Assembly (NCBI GenBank): GCA_947599835.1
Contig: CANQFQ010000001.1
Span: forward strand, 73,725-137,724
DNA: 64,000 nucleotides
Source: an uncultured Bacilli bacterium
GTDB lineage: Bacteria > Bacillota_I > Bacilli_A > RFN20 > CAG-631
Direction of reading: 5' to 3'
Below are positions 10,898 to 21,328 of the stretch, one piece after another. The position numbers and the translations under genes were made by a program. The notes under the pieces were generated by a model. That model made no database searches, was not told where the DNA came from, and worked only from the letters and a program-made list of their open reading frames with translations. The stretch's first letter is position 1, and every line of letters begins with the position of its first letter.

Positions 10898-11668
10898 ATG
10901 GCACACATTATAGCTATAGCCAATCAAAAAGGCGGCGTAGGCAAAACCACTACCGCAATCAATTTATCTGCAGCTTTAGCAGCAAGTCAAAAGAAGGTAT
11001 TATTAGTTGATATCGATCCTCAAGGAAATTCGACACGAGGAATTGGCTTTGATAATGATATGATTCAAATTAGTATCTATCATTTATTAATGAACACGCA
11101 AGATGTTTCTAAATGCATCTATCAAACACAAATGGAAAATTTATATTTAATACCTGCAACGATTGATCTTGCTGGTGCCGATTTTGAATTGGCCACAGCG
11201 GAAGATAATAAGCATTTTCGGTTGAAAAATCAACTTGAAAAAGTGGCTCATATGTATGACTATATTATTATTGATTGTCCTCCTTCATTAGGTTTGCTTT
11301 CAACAAACGCTTTAGTTGCATCTCATGGTGTTTTAATCCCTGTACAATGTGAATATTATGCATTAGAAGGTTTAGTTCAACTTTTAGCAACTATTCGCAG
11401 AATTCAAGGAACATTCAATAAAAAATTAAAAATAGAAGGCGTACTTTTGACAATGTATGATTCACGCACCAAATTAGATAATGAAGTGGCTATTGAAGTG
11501 AGAAAGTTTTTTAAAGAAAGAGTGTATAATGTAAGTATTCCACGGAATATTAAAATTAGTGAGGCGCAATCGAAAGGAAAACCAATTATTTGTTATGATA
11601 AAAATGCCACAGGGGCTAAAGCCTATATCGAATTAGCAAAGGAGTTGCTATCTCATGGCAAAAAATGA
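10898..11668 (+). CDS. soj: Chromosome partitioning ATPase ParA/Soj
   Basis: [18 protein letters not shown] deviant Walker A. RBS GGTGAGGAG precedes the ATG at 10898 (ORF track start 10886 is a GTG). Confidence 0.85.
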   Translation: MAHIIAIANQKGGVGKTTTAINLSAALAASQKKVLLVDIDPQGNSTRGIGFDNDMIQISIYHLLMNTQDVSKCIYQTQMENLYLIPATIDLAGADFELATAEDNKHFRLKNQLEKVAHMYDYIIIDCPPSLGLLSTNALVASHGVLIPVQCEYYALEGLVQLLATIRRIQGTFNKKLKIEGVLLTMYDSRTKLDNEVAIEVRKFFKERVYNVSIPRNIKISEAQSKGKPIICYDKNATGAKAYIELAKELLSHGKK

Positions 11669-12527
11669 AAATAAATTGAATTTAGAAAAAATATTTGAGA
11701 AAAATGGTATTAATATAAAAACTTTAGCTCAAGTTTTAGAGAATAGTGAAATTAATAGTATTACTCAAATTTCTTTAAATTCGCTTATTCCCAATCGATT
11801 TCAACCAAGAATTAAATTTGATGAAGAAAAATTAAAAGAAATGGCCGAATCGATTGCCAAGCATGGTGTAATCACGCCCATTATTGTTAGACCTATACAA
11901 GAAGGACAATATGAAATTGTCACAGGTGAAAGAAGAACGCGTGCTTCTAAACTGATTCATAAAGAAACCATTCCTGCGATTATTGCTGAATTTAGTGATC
12001 AACAAATGATGGAATTATCGTTAATTGAAAATATTCAAAGAGAAAATCTTACAGGAATTGAAGAGGCGAGATCCTATGAAGCAATGAAACAACATTTAGG
12101 ATATACGCAAGCCCAAATCGCTAAAGAAGTTGGAAAGCCTCGTTCCCATGTTGCTAATTTATTACGATTACTGACTTTACCTGCTGCTGTACAAGCTGCC
12201 ATTTTAGAAGAAAAAATATCGACAGGACATGCAAAATTATTGGTTGGATTAGATGACCAAACGGCAGTTCATTTAACTAACAAAATTATTCGTGAAAATT
12301 TAAGCGTTAGAGATGTTGAACATTTATTATTATTAAATCAACCGATGAAAAATAATAAGAAAAAAACGCAAGATTCAGAAATAGCACAAAAATATACGCA
12401 ATTTGAAAAAATCTTAATAGAAAAATTGAATTGCAAACAAATTCGTGTGGATAAGAAAAAAATTCAATTTAAATTTAATAGTATGGAAGAATTAGAAGAA
12501 TTCATAACAAAGGTAAAGATGAACTAA
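11655..12527 (+). CDS. spo0J: Chromosome partitioning protein ParB/Spo0J (CTPase)
   Basis: ParB N-terminal domain with the GERRTRA motif and an HTH ([17 protein letters not shown]). Overlaps the parA stop. Confidence 0.85.
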   Translation: MAKNENKLNLEKIFEKNGINIKTLAQVLENSEINSITQISLNSLIPNRFQPRIKFDEEKLKEMAESIAKHGVITPIIVRPIQEGQYEIVTGERRTRASKLIHKETIPAIIAEFSDQQMMELSLIENIQRENLTGIEEARSYEAMKQHLGYTQAQIAKEVGKPRSHVANLLRLLTLPAAVQAAILEEKISTGHAKLLVGLDDQTAVHLTNKIIRENLSVRDVEHLLLLNQPMKNNKKKTQDSEIAQKYTQFEKILIEKLNCKQIRVDKKKIQFKFNSMEELEEFITKVKMN

Positions 12528-12528
12528 A

Positions 12529-13065
12529 ATGAATGATTTGTTGAAAAAATTCGATAAAAACGGACATTTTGAATTAGAAATGAAATTTATTTATACCTTG
12601 TTAAATGAAAAATTATTTATGCAATTACAAGATAAAATAAATCAATCCATGAAATTAGTATCTTTTTATCAATATGGAAATTCATTGATTATGATTGATC
12701 ATCAAATGTATCGTCTAACAGGTAAGAATAAAGAAGAATTATTTTACCAAGCTTGCTTGTTATGCAAAGAATATAAAACGCAGTGTAATATTTTTAATCT
12801 TATTCCTTATCGTATGATTTACCCGATATTCACTATATTTGTTGATGATGGTAAGAATAGTGAAATTGAAAATGTTCTTTATCCTAATATAACCTTGCTC
12901 GTGCAAGCTAATGATCCTCGTTTAGTGAATCAAATCAAAGCCCAAGCAAGATTAAAAAATGTGCCTATTCAATTACTTTATAAAAAAGATTTTGTAAATC
13001 AATCATTAGTGGATACGCTGGTGGAAAATATGATAGAGAGAATTGAAAATCAAAAAATGCTTTAG
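12529..13065 (+). CDS. Hypothetical protein, translationally coupled to parB
   Basis: 178 aa with no recognisable motifs. Starts 1 nt after the parB stop. Confidence 0.4.
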   Translation: MNDLLKKFDKNGHFELEMKFIYTLLNEKLFMQLQDKINQSMKLVSFYQYGNSLIMIDHQMYRLTGKNKEELFYQACLLCKEYKTQCNIFNLIPYRMIYPIFTIFVDDGKNSEIENVLYPNITLLVQANDPRLVNQIKAQARLKNVPIQLLYKKDFVNQSLVDTLVENMIERIENQKML

Positions 13066-13085
13066 AGTAAATTCTTAAAGCATTT

Positions 13086-13364
13086 TTATTTATGCCGCCA
13101 ACGATAGTATTCTTCATCTTTCAAAAAATCAACGTTTTCATCGGTAATTTCTAAAAGATAAAAGAGTGAATTTGGATAAATGTTTTTAAAATCTTCGACG
13201 GATAAGGTCATATGAAAATGTTGCCCACAGGCCTTAATTTGACCCTTTTGATAGAAAAACAAAGTCTTTGGGTTATCGATATATAAAATATTTTTATCGA
13301 TTAAAAGTTCAATAGCTTCATTGATATCATGGCTATTATTAAAATTTTGTTCCATTTTTAACAC
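13086..13364 (-). CDS. Hypothetical small protein
   Basis: 92-aa ORF convergent with the preceding gene. No motifs recognised. Confidence 0.3.
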   Translation of the reverse strand: MLKMEQNFNNSHDINEAIELLIDKNILYIDNPKTLFFYQKGQIKACGQHFHMTLSVEDFKNIYPNSLFYLLEITDENVDFLKDEEYYRWRHK

Positions 13365-13490
13365 CCGATTTCTATTTTAATCTATTTTTTGATGGTTAGC
13401 AAATATTAGGGTACCATATTTATTTTAATTCGAAAAAATAGTAAAATAAATATAATCATAGAGACATAAATTATATCAAGAATTCAAGAA

Positions 13491-14321
13491 ATGGGTGAAA
13501 CTATGTGTAAGCAAAAAATTTTAACGATCCAAGATTTATCTTGTGTTGGACAATGTTCTTTAACTGTTGCTTTACCAATATTATCCTATTATGGTTTTGA
13601 AACTTGTGTTTTGCCAACCGCTTTGTTATCGAATCATACAATGTTTTCAAGTTGGAGTTATTTGGATTTAACGAAAGAAATTCCGAACATTTTTAAAGAA
13701 TGGGAACGCAATCATTTTACTTTTGATGCTTTTTTATTAGGATATTTAGGTAAAATCGATTTAATTGAGGTTGCAAAAGAAAGTTTTGAAAAGTTTTCCA
13801 ATGCGAACACGAAAATTTTTATTGATCCAGTGTTTGCCGATAATGGAAAGATTTATCCGGGTTTTAATATGGATTATATTTTAAAAATGCGAGAAATATT
13901 AAAATATGCCGATTTTATATTACCTAATGTTACGGAGGCTTGTTTTTTAACAGGAATGGATTATCAAGATAATCACGATTTTGAATGGATTAAAAAAATA
14001 GCCCATGAATTAAGAAAATATACCTCGGCGACGATTGTAATAACCGGAATAGAAAGAACCCATACCATTGGAGAATTTATTTTAGAAGGAAATCAATCGA
14101 TGGAATTAATGCATCCTTTGATACCATTTAAAAGACATGGTACAGGAGATCTTTTTTCTGCTGTTTTTACCGCTAATTATTTGCATACGCAGGATGTAAA
14201 GCAAGCTTCAAATCATGCCGCAAAATTTGTTGCAGATAGTTTACAAGTGACATCAAAAGAACATTTTTATGGTGTGGAATTTGAAAAAATAATGTCAAAA
14301 AGCAGAAAAGAAGGAGCATGA
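13491..14321 (+). CDS. pdxK: Pyridoxal/pyridoxamine kinase (PdxY/PdxK ribokinase family)
   Basis: ILTIQDLSCVGQCSLTVALPILSYYGFETCVLPTALLSNHT matches the PdxY-type N-terminus. A DPV motif and a C-terminal GTGD anion hole are present. Confidence 0.65.
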   Translation: MGETMCKQKILTIQDLSCVGQCSLTVALPILSYYGFETCVLPTALLSNHTMFSSWSYLDLTKEIPNIFKEWERNHFTFDAFLLGYLGKIDLIEVAKESFEKFSNANTKIFIDPVFADNGKIYPGFNMDYILKMREILKYADFILPNVTEACFLTGMDYQDNHDFEWIKKIAHELRKYTSATIVITGIERTHTIGEFILEGNQSMELMHPLIPFKRHGTGDLFSAVFTANYLHTQDVKQASNHAAKFVADSLQVTSKEHFYGVEFEKIMSKSRKEGA

Positions 14322-14325
14322 TAAA

Positions 14326-14823
14326 ATGAAAAAAATAAAATTACAAGATCCTCATTTTCTAGGCTACGTGAATAAAGAAAGAAAGGCCTGCAGAGGCCTC
14401 ATTGTTAAAGATTCTATGATTCTTTTAGGATATGAGCAAGCGAAGACCCGCTATATTATTCCTGGAGGAGGCGTAGAGGCTAATGAAACTTTAGAAGAAT
14501 GTTGTATACGTGAATTATTAGAAGAAACAGGAATAAAATGCAAGCCAATTTATTATCTTTTAGAACTAGAAGAATTATTTAGTAATATATGCCATATCAA
14601 TCATTATTTTGTTTGTCATGTGATTGAGGAAACCCATCAAACCAATTTTACAGCAGTAGAAAAAGAAGTGGGATTAACGAATCGATGGGTGTCTATTGAT
14701 GAAGCCCTATCGATATTTGGTTCATATGAACAATATATGGAAACCGAGCCTTCAAAATATGGTTTGTATAGAAGAGAATATATGGCAATGAAAGCTTATA
14801 AAGAATATTTGAAAGAAAAATAA
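14326..14823 (+). CDS. NUDIX hydrolase
   Basis: Nudix box GGGVEANETLEECCIRELLEETGI. Confidence 0.7.
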   Translation: MKKIKLQDPHFLGYVNKERKACRGLIVKDSMILLGYEQAKTRYIIPGGGVEANETLEECCIRELLEETGIKCKPIYYLLELEELFSNICHINHYFVCHVIEETHQTNFTAVEKEVGLTNRWVSIDEALSIFGSYEQYMETEPSKYGLYRREYMAMKAYKEYLKEK

Positions 14824-14848
14824 ATTTAAGGATTATGTTTTTAAAAAA

Positions 14849-15913
14849 TTAATCTTTAATAGCTTTTAAAAGCAATTTAATCATATTTTGCTTTTGCAAA
14901 TAACGTTTAAGCGTTTGAAAATTTGTAATATTTTCATGGATTAGGCAATTTTTAAATAACTCGATTACATAGTCAGAATAAGTTTGTATTGTAAAAGGTG
15001 TATGGATTTGATTCACAATTTCATAAAAAGCATTGATTAAACATCTTCTTAGCATAATTATGAGCGAGTTTTCAATCCAAAAACGAAATTGAATTTTAGA
15101 ATGAGTTAAGGGTTTTATTAATTTAACATAAATGGGTAAGCCATCTGTAGTATCTCTATAAATATCAACAAATAAATAATCATATAATTTTAAAGAATAA
15201 TTTTGCATAAATGAATCAACATCATCATGGATAATGTTGATTTTTTTTGGATATGGAAATTGAGGAAAAATATATCGATTAAACAAGTCAATGATGTCTT
15301 GATTTTTTTCAATAATGGTAATACTTTTTACTTCTTTTTTTAAACTACACATGTAGGCAAAATATCCCATTCCCAAACCAAAAGTTAATACGTGATTCGA
15401 TGCTTCTTGAATTGCTTTGTGCATCGTGTTGATTTCATGGGGAGTCATGAGCATCCATATGTTTTGATCTTCTTGTAAGGTTAAATAGTGTAAAGGTTGA
15501 TTAAAATAGCCGATTTTCGTAAATTCTAAAAAATTTTTATCCACTTCAATTTCATCATAAACAAAACATTGATATGGTTGATAAGCATTTTTTTGAAATG
15601 CATAATTTAAATAAAACACATTATCTAGTTGAATATTTTTGACAAATGCGTTGTTTAAATAAGCAGAAGGTTGAATCAATTTAAAATTTGTTTCTAAATG
15701 ATACTCCTTAAAATAATTCAAGAAATTTTGATCGAATTCAAAAAAATTTTTGAGATTAGTTAAAAAAGAAAAGTTTTTATTATAATGCAAAGATAGCGCA
15801 TAACTTTGGTCTAATAATTCATTATAAAAGTCGGATAATTCAATATTTTTTTGCATTTTATCATAAAACGAATTAAATTGTTCTATGTCATGGGGATCTA
15901 AATGAAAATTCAT
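14849..15913 (-). CDS. Hypothetical protein with class-I SAM-methyltransferase / spermidine-synthase-like fold
   Basis: VLTFGLGMGYFAYMCS...VKSITIIEKNQDII resembles Rossmann motif I followed by an acidic residue. The likely start is the internal Met at 15913 (MNFHLD, with an upstream AAAGGAAA RBS) rather than 16000. Confidence 0.4.
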   Translation of the reverse strand: MNFHLDPHDIEQFNSFYDKMQKNIELSDFYNELLDQSYALSLHYNKNFSFLTNLKNFFEFDQNFLNYFKEYHLETNFKLIQPSAYLNNAFVKNIQLDNVFYLNYAFQKNAYQPYQCFVYDEIEVDKNFLEFTKIGYFNQPLHYLTLQEDQNIWMLMTPHEINTMHKAIQEASNHVLTFGLGMGYFAYMCSLKKEVKSITIIEKNQDIIDLFNRYIFPQFPYPKKINIIHDDVDSFMQNYSLKLYDYLFVDIYRDTTDGLPIYVKLIKPLTHSKIQFRFWIENSLIIMLRRCLINAFYEIVNQIHTPFTIQTYSDYVIELFKNCLIHENITNFQTLKRYLQKQNMIKLLLKAIKD

Positions 15914-16002
15914 AGCACCATTTCCTTTTTGTTCGAAATTATTATAAACTAATTTAATAAAATATGATAGAATAAAAAAGAATAAAACAGGAGAAAACAA
16001 AA

Positions 16003-17778
16003 ATGAAAAGCAATGTAAATTTAATGGATGTTTTTAGCGATAAAATCAATAAAATGGATGCGACTACAGTAGACCGAAAAGAAGTATATTTAAACGGGAA
16101 AAAAACAAAAGGCCCGGTTCATGTAACTTCAAATGATGATGCATATTATATTTTTTATCAAGAAAATTTAGCGCGTGTGATTTCTTTAGCAAATGGTTAT
16201 GCATTCACGTTACCGCATGCACAATTTTTACAATTAGATTTATTTGCCACTTTGTATCGCGTTCGTTATTTGACGGATGTATATACTTTGACCGTATCCA
16301 TGGAGCATTCAAATCCATATCCTGAATGGAAAGTGTACCATGATGAATGGATTATGCGTTATTTAACAAGCGAAGCTGCGCCTAATGGGGTAAAAGATGT
16401 TGATTTATATTTTACTTCAAATCAATTACGTTATAGTCAAGAACCGAAATACACGTATGATTTATTACCTGGTTATGAAGTAGAACTTGTAAGTGTTGAA
16501 ATTTTAGAACATGAAAATATTGAAAAACCATATTATCATATTGCGATTATTAAAACCAAAGAAGAGATTAAAAACTTTGTAATGTTGGTAATGAAAGCAA
16601 AGATGCCTATGCAAAAAGAATTTGAAAATATTATCGCTTCCTTTGTCTTTTTTAACCAACCATATAAAATAGGTACATTAAAGAAACCTGCAAAATTTGA
16701 ATTAAAAGTGCCTGAATATTTAAGTGAAGAAACGAAAAAATATTATGCTAAATTATGTCATCAAAATGTGGTAGATTGGGGTATTTTTATTCATTCGTTA
16801 CAAATAGATGGCAGTAACGATGCAATCATTGCTCATAAAACAAAGCAATTTGAAAATCAAGAAAATATGGATTATACATTTGATCTTATGCCCACCTATA
16901 CCCATATTGGATCTTATGAAAATCCCAAAAGTTTTCCTACACAAACAGCATTAAAATTTGCCGGTGGAAATGGATTTAATGGGAAGCCTATCTTACAATT
17001 TACACTACAATTTACGACTTCTAATAATGTTGGATTACATGGATATACACCGATGTTTGATATTTTAAGAGGAAAGTATGATTCATATTTTAAAACCTTA
17101 GCCAAAGATATGAAAGCATATCAAAAACCGATTTTATTTAGAGTTAATAATGAAATGAATTCTGATTGGGTCAGTTATTGTGGGCAAGTCACTTTATTAG
17201 ATCCTGATATTTTTGTGATGACTTATGAACGAATGGCACGAATTTTAAAAGCAGAGGGTTGTGATAATTTACTTTACATTTTTAATCCTACGGCAAAAAC
17301 CTATCCATTTTGTTCATGGGGTGAAGATTTATGCTATTTACCTACATTAGAATTTGTACAAATAATTGGCCTAACTTATTATGAATATAATAATTATTTG
17401 AATGGTGAAGCTGCTATTTCATTTCATGATTTATATTTATGGTTATATCAAAAAAATTGTCCAATGTGGCAAGATTATCCTGCTATAATTTCTGAATTTG
17501 CTTGTGGTGCTGGGGGCGTTTTTCCAGAAGGAGAGTTATACCGCAATAGTGGTACACAAGCGCAATGGGTAAAAGAAATGTTTCAATTATTTAATAGTTC
17601 AGAAAAAGAAGACTTTATCAAGCAAATTAAAGGTGCAGTTTGGTTTAATGCCAATGATTATTATCAATATGATATTAAAAATTTATTAGTTTTAGATCCG
17701 GTAAACAATGCACAAACGATTCATGAATTTAAAGAAGGGTTAGCTGTGCAAAAAAAACAAAAAACAAATAAAAAATAG
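16003..17778 (+). CDS. Cytoplasmic two-domain protein: unknown N-terminal domain + GH26/GH5-like (beta/alpha)8 glycoside hydrolase domain
   Basis: No signal peptide. The C-terminal half contains LFRVNNEMNSDW (compare the GH26 RFxHEMN..W acid/base region) and AIISEFACG (candidate nucleophile Glu). Confidence 0.45.
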   Translation: MKSNVNLMDVFSDKINKMDATTVDRKEVYLNGKKTKGPVHVTSNDDAYYIFYQENLARVISLANGYAFTLPHAQFLQLDLFATLYRVRYLTDVYTLTVSMEHSNPYPEWKVYHDEWIMRYLTSEAAPNGVKDVDLYFTSNQLRYSQEPKYTYDLLPGYEVELVSVEILEHENIEKPYYHIAIIKTKEEIKNFVMLVMKAKMPMQKEFENIIASFVFFNQPYKIGTLKKPAKFELKVPEYLSEETKKYYAKLCHQNVVDWGIFIHSLQIDGSNDAIIAHKTKQFENQENMDYTFDLMPTYTHIGSYENPKSFPTQTALKFAGGNGFNGKPILQFTLQFTTSNNVGLHGYTPMFDILRGKYDSYFKTLAKDMKAYQKPILFRVNNEMNSDWVSYCGQVTLLDPDIFVMTYERMARILKAEGCDNLLYIFNPTAKTYPFCSWGEDLCYLPTLEFVQIIGLTYYEYNNYLNGEAAISFHDLYLWLYQKNCPMWQDYPAIISEFACGAGGVFPEGELYRNSGTQAQWVKEMFQLFNSSEKEDFIKQIKGAVWFNANDYYQYDIKNLLVLDPVNNAQTIHEFKEGLAVQKKQKTNKK

Positions 17779-17872
17779 AATGTAATTCTATTGACACATT
17801 CATAGTTAAAAAGATATGATTACATTGTCAATCATAGAAATGATTTGATGAACTCAAAAAGGAAGTAGCCAT

Positions 17873-18478
17873 ATGAAAAAAATATCCACTTATTCACTTG
17901 TTTTCGTGGTTTTTGGTTTATCTATAAGTAATTTTCTATATCATGATTATCGAGTAAATGATAACGAATTTAGTCCGGTAAACTTGATCAAGGAGGATTA
18001 TTCAAGAACCCATCAAGAAACAACATTAGAAGCCAATGATGTTACCATTACTATCCGAGATATTGCCACTTTTTTAAGTGAAAAAAAAGAACATTATCCA
18101 TTATCTGATGAATTTATCGAAAAATATCAGCAAAAAAGTGGCGGGTATATTGACTTTGCAAAACAAACAGGGCAATTAGTTGATAAACAAAGACATGAGC
18201 CAAATCAAAAATGGCATTTTTTTGAATCTTGGTTGAATGAAAGCCTTTTAGCAGGAACGATTACTTGGGAAGATAGTGCTCAAGTTAGAGTTTATTCGAA
18301 ATTATTATGTCCAGAATTATTACTTTGGATTTATGAAGCATGTGGAGTTGACCCAGTAAAAGTAAAAAAAGCTAAAGATGTTGCAGAACAAGGGAAAGTT
18401 GCTAATACGGCAACCGCGACCATTGCTAAAAATATGAGAAACTGTGTTTCTTGGGATGATTTTCATATCGTTTTATAA
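17873..18478 (+). CDS. Secreted hypothetical protein (signal peptide)
   Basis: N-terminal MKKISTYSLVFVVFGLSISNF signal sequence. First gene of a tightly spaced three-gene cluster. Confidence 0.4.
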   Translation: MKKISTYSLVFVVFGLSISNFLYHDYRVNDNEFSPVNLIKEDYSRTHQETTLEANDVTITIRDIATFLSEKKEHYPLSDEFIEKYQQKSGGYIDFAKQTGQLVDKQRHEPNQKWHFFESWLNESLLAGTITWEDSAQVRVYSKLLCPELLLWIYEACGVDPVKVKKAKDVAEQGKVANTATATIAKNMRNCVSWDDFHIVL

Positions 18479-18492
18479 AGGAAATAAGCAAA

Positions 18493-19887
18493 ATGAAAGC
18501 AAAACAAATCTTTTCTTTAGTCTCAGTCTTTGGTGTTTTATTAACAGGGTGTCATCAAACAACTCAAGTTCTTCCTACAAAAATGACGGTTACTTCAGAA
18601 GAAATCAAAGTGATTTTAAATAGTGAAAGAGATTTAAACGATATCGTTACATTAAAATTCGAACCTAAAAATACAACTGAAAAAAATGTAACTTGGTCCA
18701 GTGAGGTTAATGAGATTTTAACACTTCAAGGATCGATCATTCAGGCGAATAAAATAGGAAAAGCAAAAGTGACAGCAACGAGTGTAGCCAATAAAAATTT
18801 AAAAAAAGATGTCATCATCAAAGTATATGATCCTAATTCAAATCAATATTTTGTCAATGTGGATAAGCCAGAAGAAGTGCAACTCATAGGACTACAAGAT
18901 ACTTATTTAGCAGGTAGCCTTGTATCCTTTTCAATTCAATTGAACAATCCACAAAAAGAAATTGCCAATGTTTTCGTAAATAATTTGATTTTATCGTCAA
19001 AAAATGATATGGATTATGAGTTTTTGATGCCTTTTAATGATGTCACTCTTTGTGTTACAACGCAAGATAAAGGAACTTCAATCGCTGCAACGAGTGTTCA
19101 ATTAAATCCATCTTCTTTAACCTTGATAGTAGGAAATGAAGATGCGACGATTCATGCTATTGTAGAACCTTCTAACACCACTGAATCTGCACAATGGAGC
19201 ATTAGTGAAGGCAATGATGTGATTCGTATACAAACGCTTCAAAATCAAGTAACAGTTCATGCGCTAAAGGCTGGAAATGCTAAAATTAAGGTGACTTATA
19301 ATTCAAATGTTCAGGCCGAATGTGCAGTGACCGTACAATCTAAAAATGATGGCGAATTGTCTGTAAAATATAATATTGTGTATGACTTAGGTACAAGCAA
19401 AGTTGCAAAGAAAATAGATACTCCAACGGAAGTTTTTGATACTTTTCAATTGGTAGAAGATGAAAATCCAATTCTTTCTTCCATTTCGCAAATAGAAAAT
19501 ATTTATGGCGGTGGTTATGGAGGAAGAAATGATACGGCTTGGTATGCAGGAAATATGTTAAAATTAGGAACGACAAGTGTCAATGGTAGTCTTACATTAG
19601 AACTTAATACAGCTATTCAACGTATAAAAATTACTGGATATGTTAGTGATAAAAGCAGTAAAATTCGTGTGGGAAATAGTCTGTCCACAGATTGGAATGA
19701 GGAAACAGATGATAACACTACGGTACTAGTTAGTTGTACAGATATGGAAGAAGCTACAAAAACCACGATTGAAATGCAGCAAACCGCTACAATCACCATC
19801 GATTTTGCTGCAACAACAAGTTTAAAAATTGCAACGACAAATAAAAAACCATTTTATATTACTGCGATAGAGTTTGTTACGCTTTAA
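18493..19887 (+). CDS. Lipoprotein with bacterial Ig-like (Big_2) domains
   Basis: Lipobox LLTGCHQ. Big_2-like segments VTWSSEVNEILTLQGSIIQANKIGKAKVTATS and AQWSISEGNDVIRIQ...LKAGNAKIKVT. Confidence 0.5.
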   Translation: MKAKQIFSLVSVFGVLLTGCHQTTQVLPTKMTVTSEEIKVILNSERDLNDIVTLKFEPKNTTEKNVTWSSEVNEILTLQGSIIQANKIGKAKVTATSVANKNLKKDVIIKVYDPNSNQYFVNVDKPEEVQLIGLQDTYLAGSLVSFSIQLNNPQKEIANVFVNNLILSSKNDMDYEFLMPFNDVTLCVTTQDKGTSIAATSVQLNPSSLTLIVGNEDATIHAIVEPSNTTESAQWSISEGNDVIRIQTLQNQVTVHALKAGNAKIKVTYNSNVQAECAVTVQSKNDGELSVKYNIVYDLGTSKVAKKIDTPTEVFDTFQLVEDENPILSSISQIENIYGGGYGGRNDTAWYAGNMLKLGTTSVNGSLTLELNTAIQRIKITGYVSDKSSKIRVGNSLSTDWNEETDDNTTVLVSCTDMEEATKTTIEMQQTATITIDFAATTSLKIATTNKKPFYITAIEFVTL

Positions 19888-19908
19888 TTGAAAGAAGAGG
19901 TGTTCATA

Positions 19909-21072
19909 ATGTACGACAAAAAAATTAAATTTTTATGGATAATGTTCGGTGTTATAGCACTTTCTTCTTGTCATGAAACTAAGGCTATGGTAGAAGATAC
20001 CTATATCATTATTTGGCAAAATGACAATGGAAATATTTTAGAAATTGATCGTAATGTCAAAGAAGGAAGCTTACCTACATATAATGGTAGCACTCCAACC
20101 AAAAATAGTGATGCTACTTATTCGTATACTTTTGCTGGATGGGATCCACAAATTAGTGCCGTTTATGAAAATACCTCATATACCGCAACATATACAAAAC
20201 AATTCATTGGAATTAATGATAATTTGCCTGGGGCGACTCCCCATTTATCAGAAAACGGACAAACGATTCAATATGGATATTATCCACAAACACATATCCA
20301 AGATGAATCTTTAATTTCCGCACTTAACCTTTTAAATGAAACGACAACTAACGGGTGGTATTTTTATGAAGGAAATTATTATTGTAAAGAAACGGCTCAA
20401 TTGTTTAATCACGAGAATTATAGTTTTGACGACAAGACTATCATCGAAGAAAACAAAGCGTATTGGTTTTTATGTGAGCCTATTACATGGAATGTTTTAA
20501 AACAAGAAGGAAATCTTTATTTTTTACTTTCCTCGATGTTATTAGACACGCATGAATATTATACGGATTATGCAAATAGGAACATTAATAATCAAAACAT
20601 TTATGCTAACAACTATGAGTATAGTACCTTGCGTACATGGTTAAATAATGATTTTTATAATCAAGCTTTTGTATTCAATAATTCCTATATTCAACCCACA
20701 ATGATAGATAATAGTTATATTACTTTTGATGCAACAGAAGATAATAGTCTATATGCATCTAATCCAACGCAAGATAAAGTGTCATTGCCAAGTTATCAAG
20801 ATTATCTTAATGAAAATTATGGCTTTGAATCTGATGTTTCAAATGTTTCTATTACAAGACAAGCTAAAACAACAGACTATGCTAGGGCAAAAAATGCATG
20901 GTGCAATACAACCACCGCTGCTTTGCAATATAATGGAAGTTATTGGACACGTTCCCCATCTAATGAATTTTATTATGCGGCCTGGAATGTCAATTCAGGA
21001 GGCTATTTAAGTACCTATGCAGTAGATGGAAATAGTCATTGTGTTCGTCCTTGCATTACTATCAAAATCTAA
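19909..21072 (+). CDS. Lipoprotein with Listeria-Bacteroides (Flg_new) repeat and C-terminal DUF6273-like domain
   Basis: Lipobox ALSSCHE. YSYTFAGWDP is a Flg_new-type repeat. The C-terminal GSYWTRSP...GNSHCVRPCITI resembles the YWLRSP...VRPA signature of DUF6273. RBS AAGAAGAGG precedes the ATG at 19909. Confidence 0.5.
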   Translation: MYDKKIKFLWIMFGVIALSSCHETKAMVEDTYIIIWQNDNGNILEIDRNVKEGSLPTYNGSTPTKNSDATYSYTFAGWDPQISAVYENTSYTATYTKQFIGINDNLPGATPHLSENGQTIQYGYYPQTHIQDESLISALNLLNETTTNGWYFYEGNYYCKETAQLFNHENYSFDDKTIIEENKAYWFLCEPITWNVLKQEGNLYFLLSSMLLDTHEYYTDYANRNINNQNIYANNYEYSTLRTWLNNDFYNQAFVFNNSYIQPTMIDNSYITFDATEDNSLYASNPTQDKVSLPSYQDYLNENYGFESDVSNVSITRQAKTTDYARAKNAWCNTTTAALQYNGSYWTRSPSNEFYYAAWNVNSGGYLSTYAVDGNSHCVRPCITIKI

Positions 21073-21299
21073 TCTTGTTATTAATTAAATTTTATCGGTA
21101 AAAGGATTCAAAAATATAAAAACAACAAACATTTAGTCTGAATTTACATTTTTCTTTGTTTTATCTTAAAAAAGAGAATTTATCGACAAAAACAATCAAA
21201 TTAAGAAAAAATAATTATAAACGGATTAAACTTTCGGAAAAAACATGTAAAAAATACAAAGTGCGTCTTTATATTTTTTTCGAATTTCTGCTTTTTTGC

Positions 21300-21328
21300 T
21301 TGACAATTATGCTGGTTTTCTTTATATT
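21300..21328 (+). promoter_or_regulatory. Sigma-A-like promoter (TTGACA-17-TATATT) upstream of ispD
   Basis: TTGACA at 21300-21305 and TATATT at 21323-21328 with a 17-nt spacer. A 14-bp perfect palindrome TATACTATAGTATA follows at 21347-21360. Confidence 0.4.
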
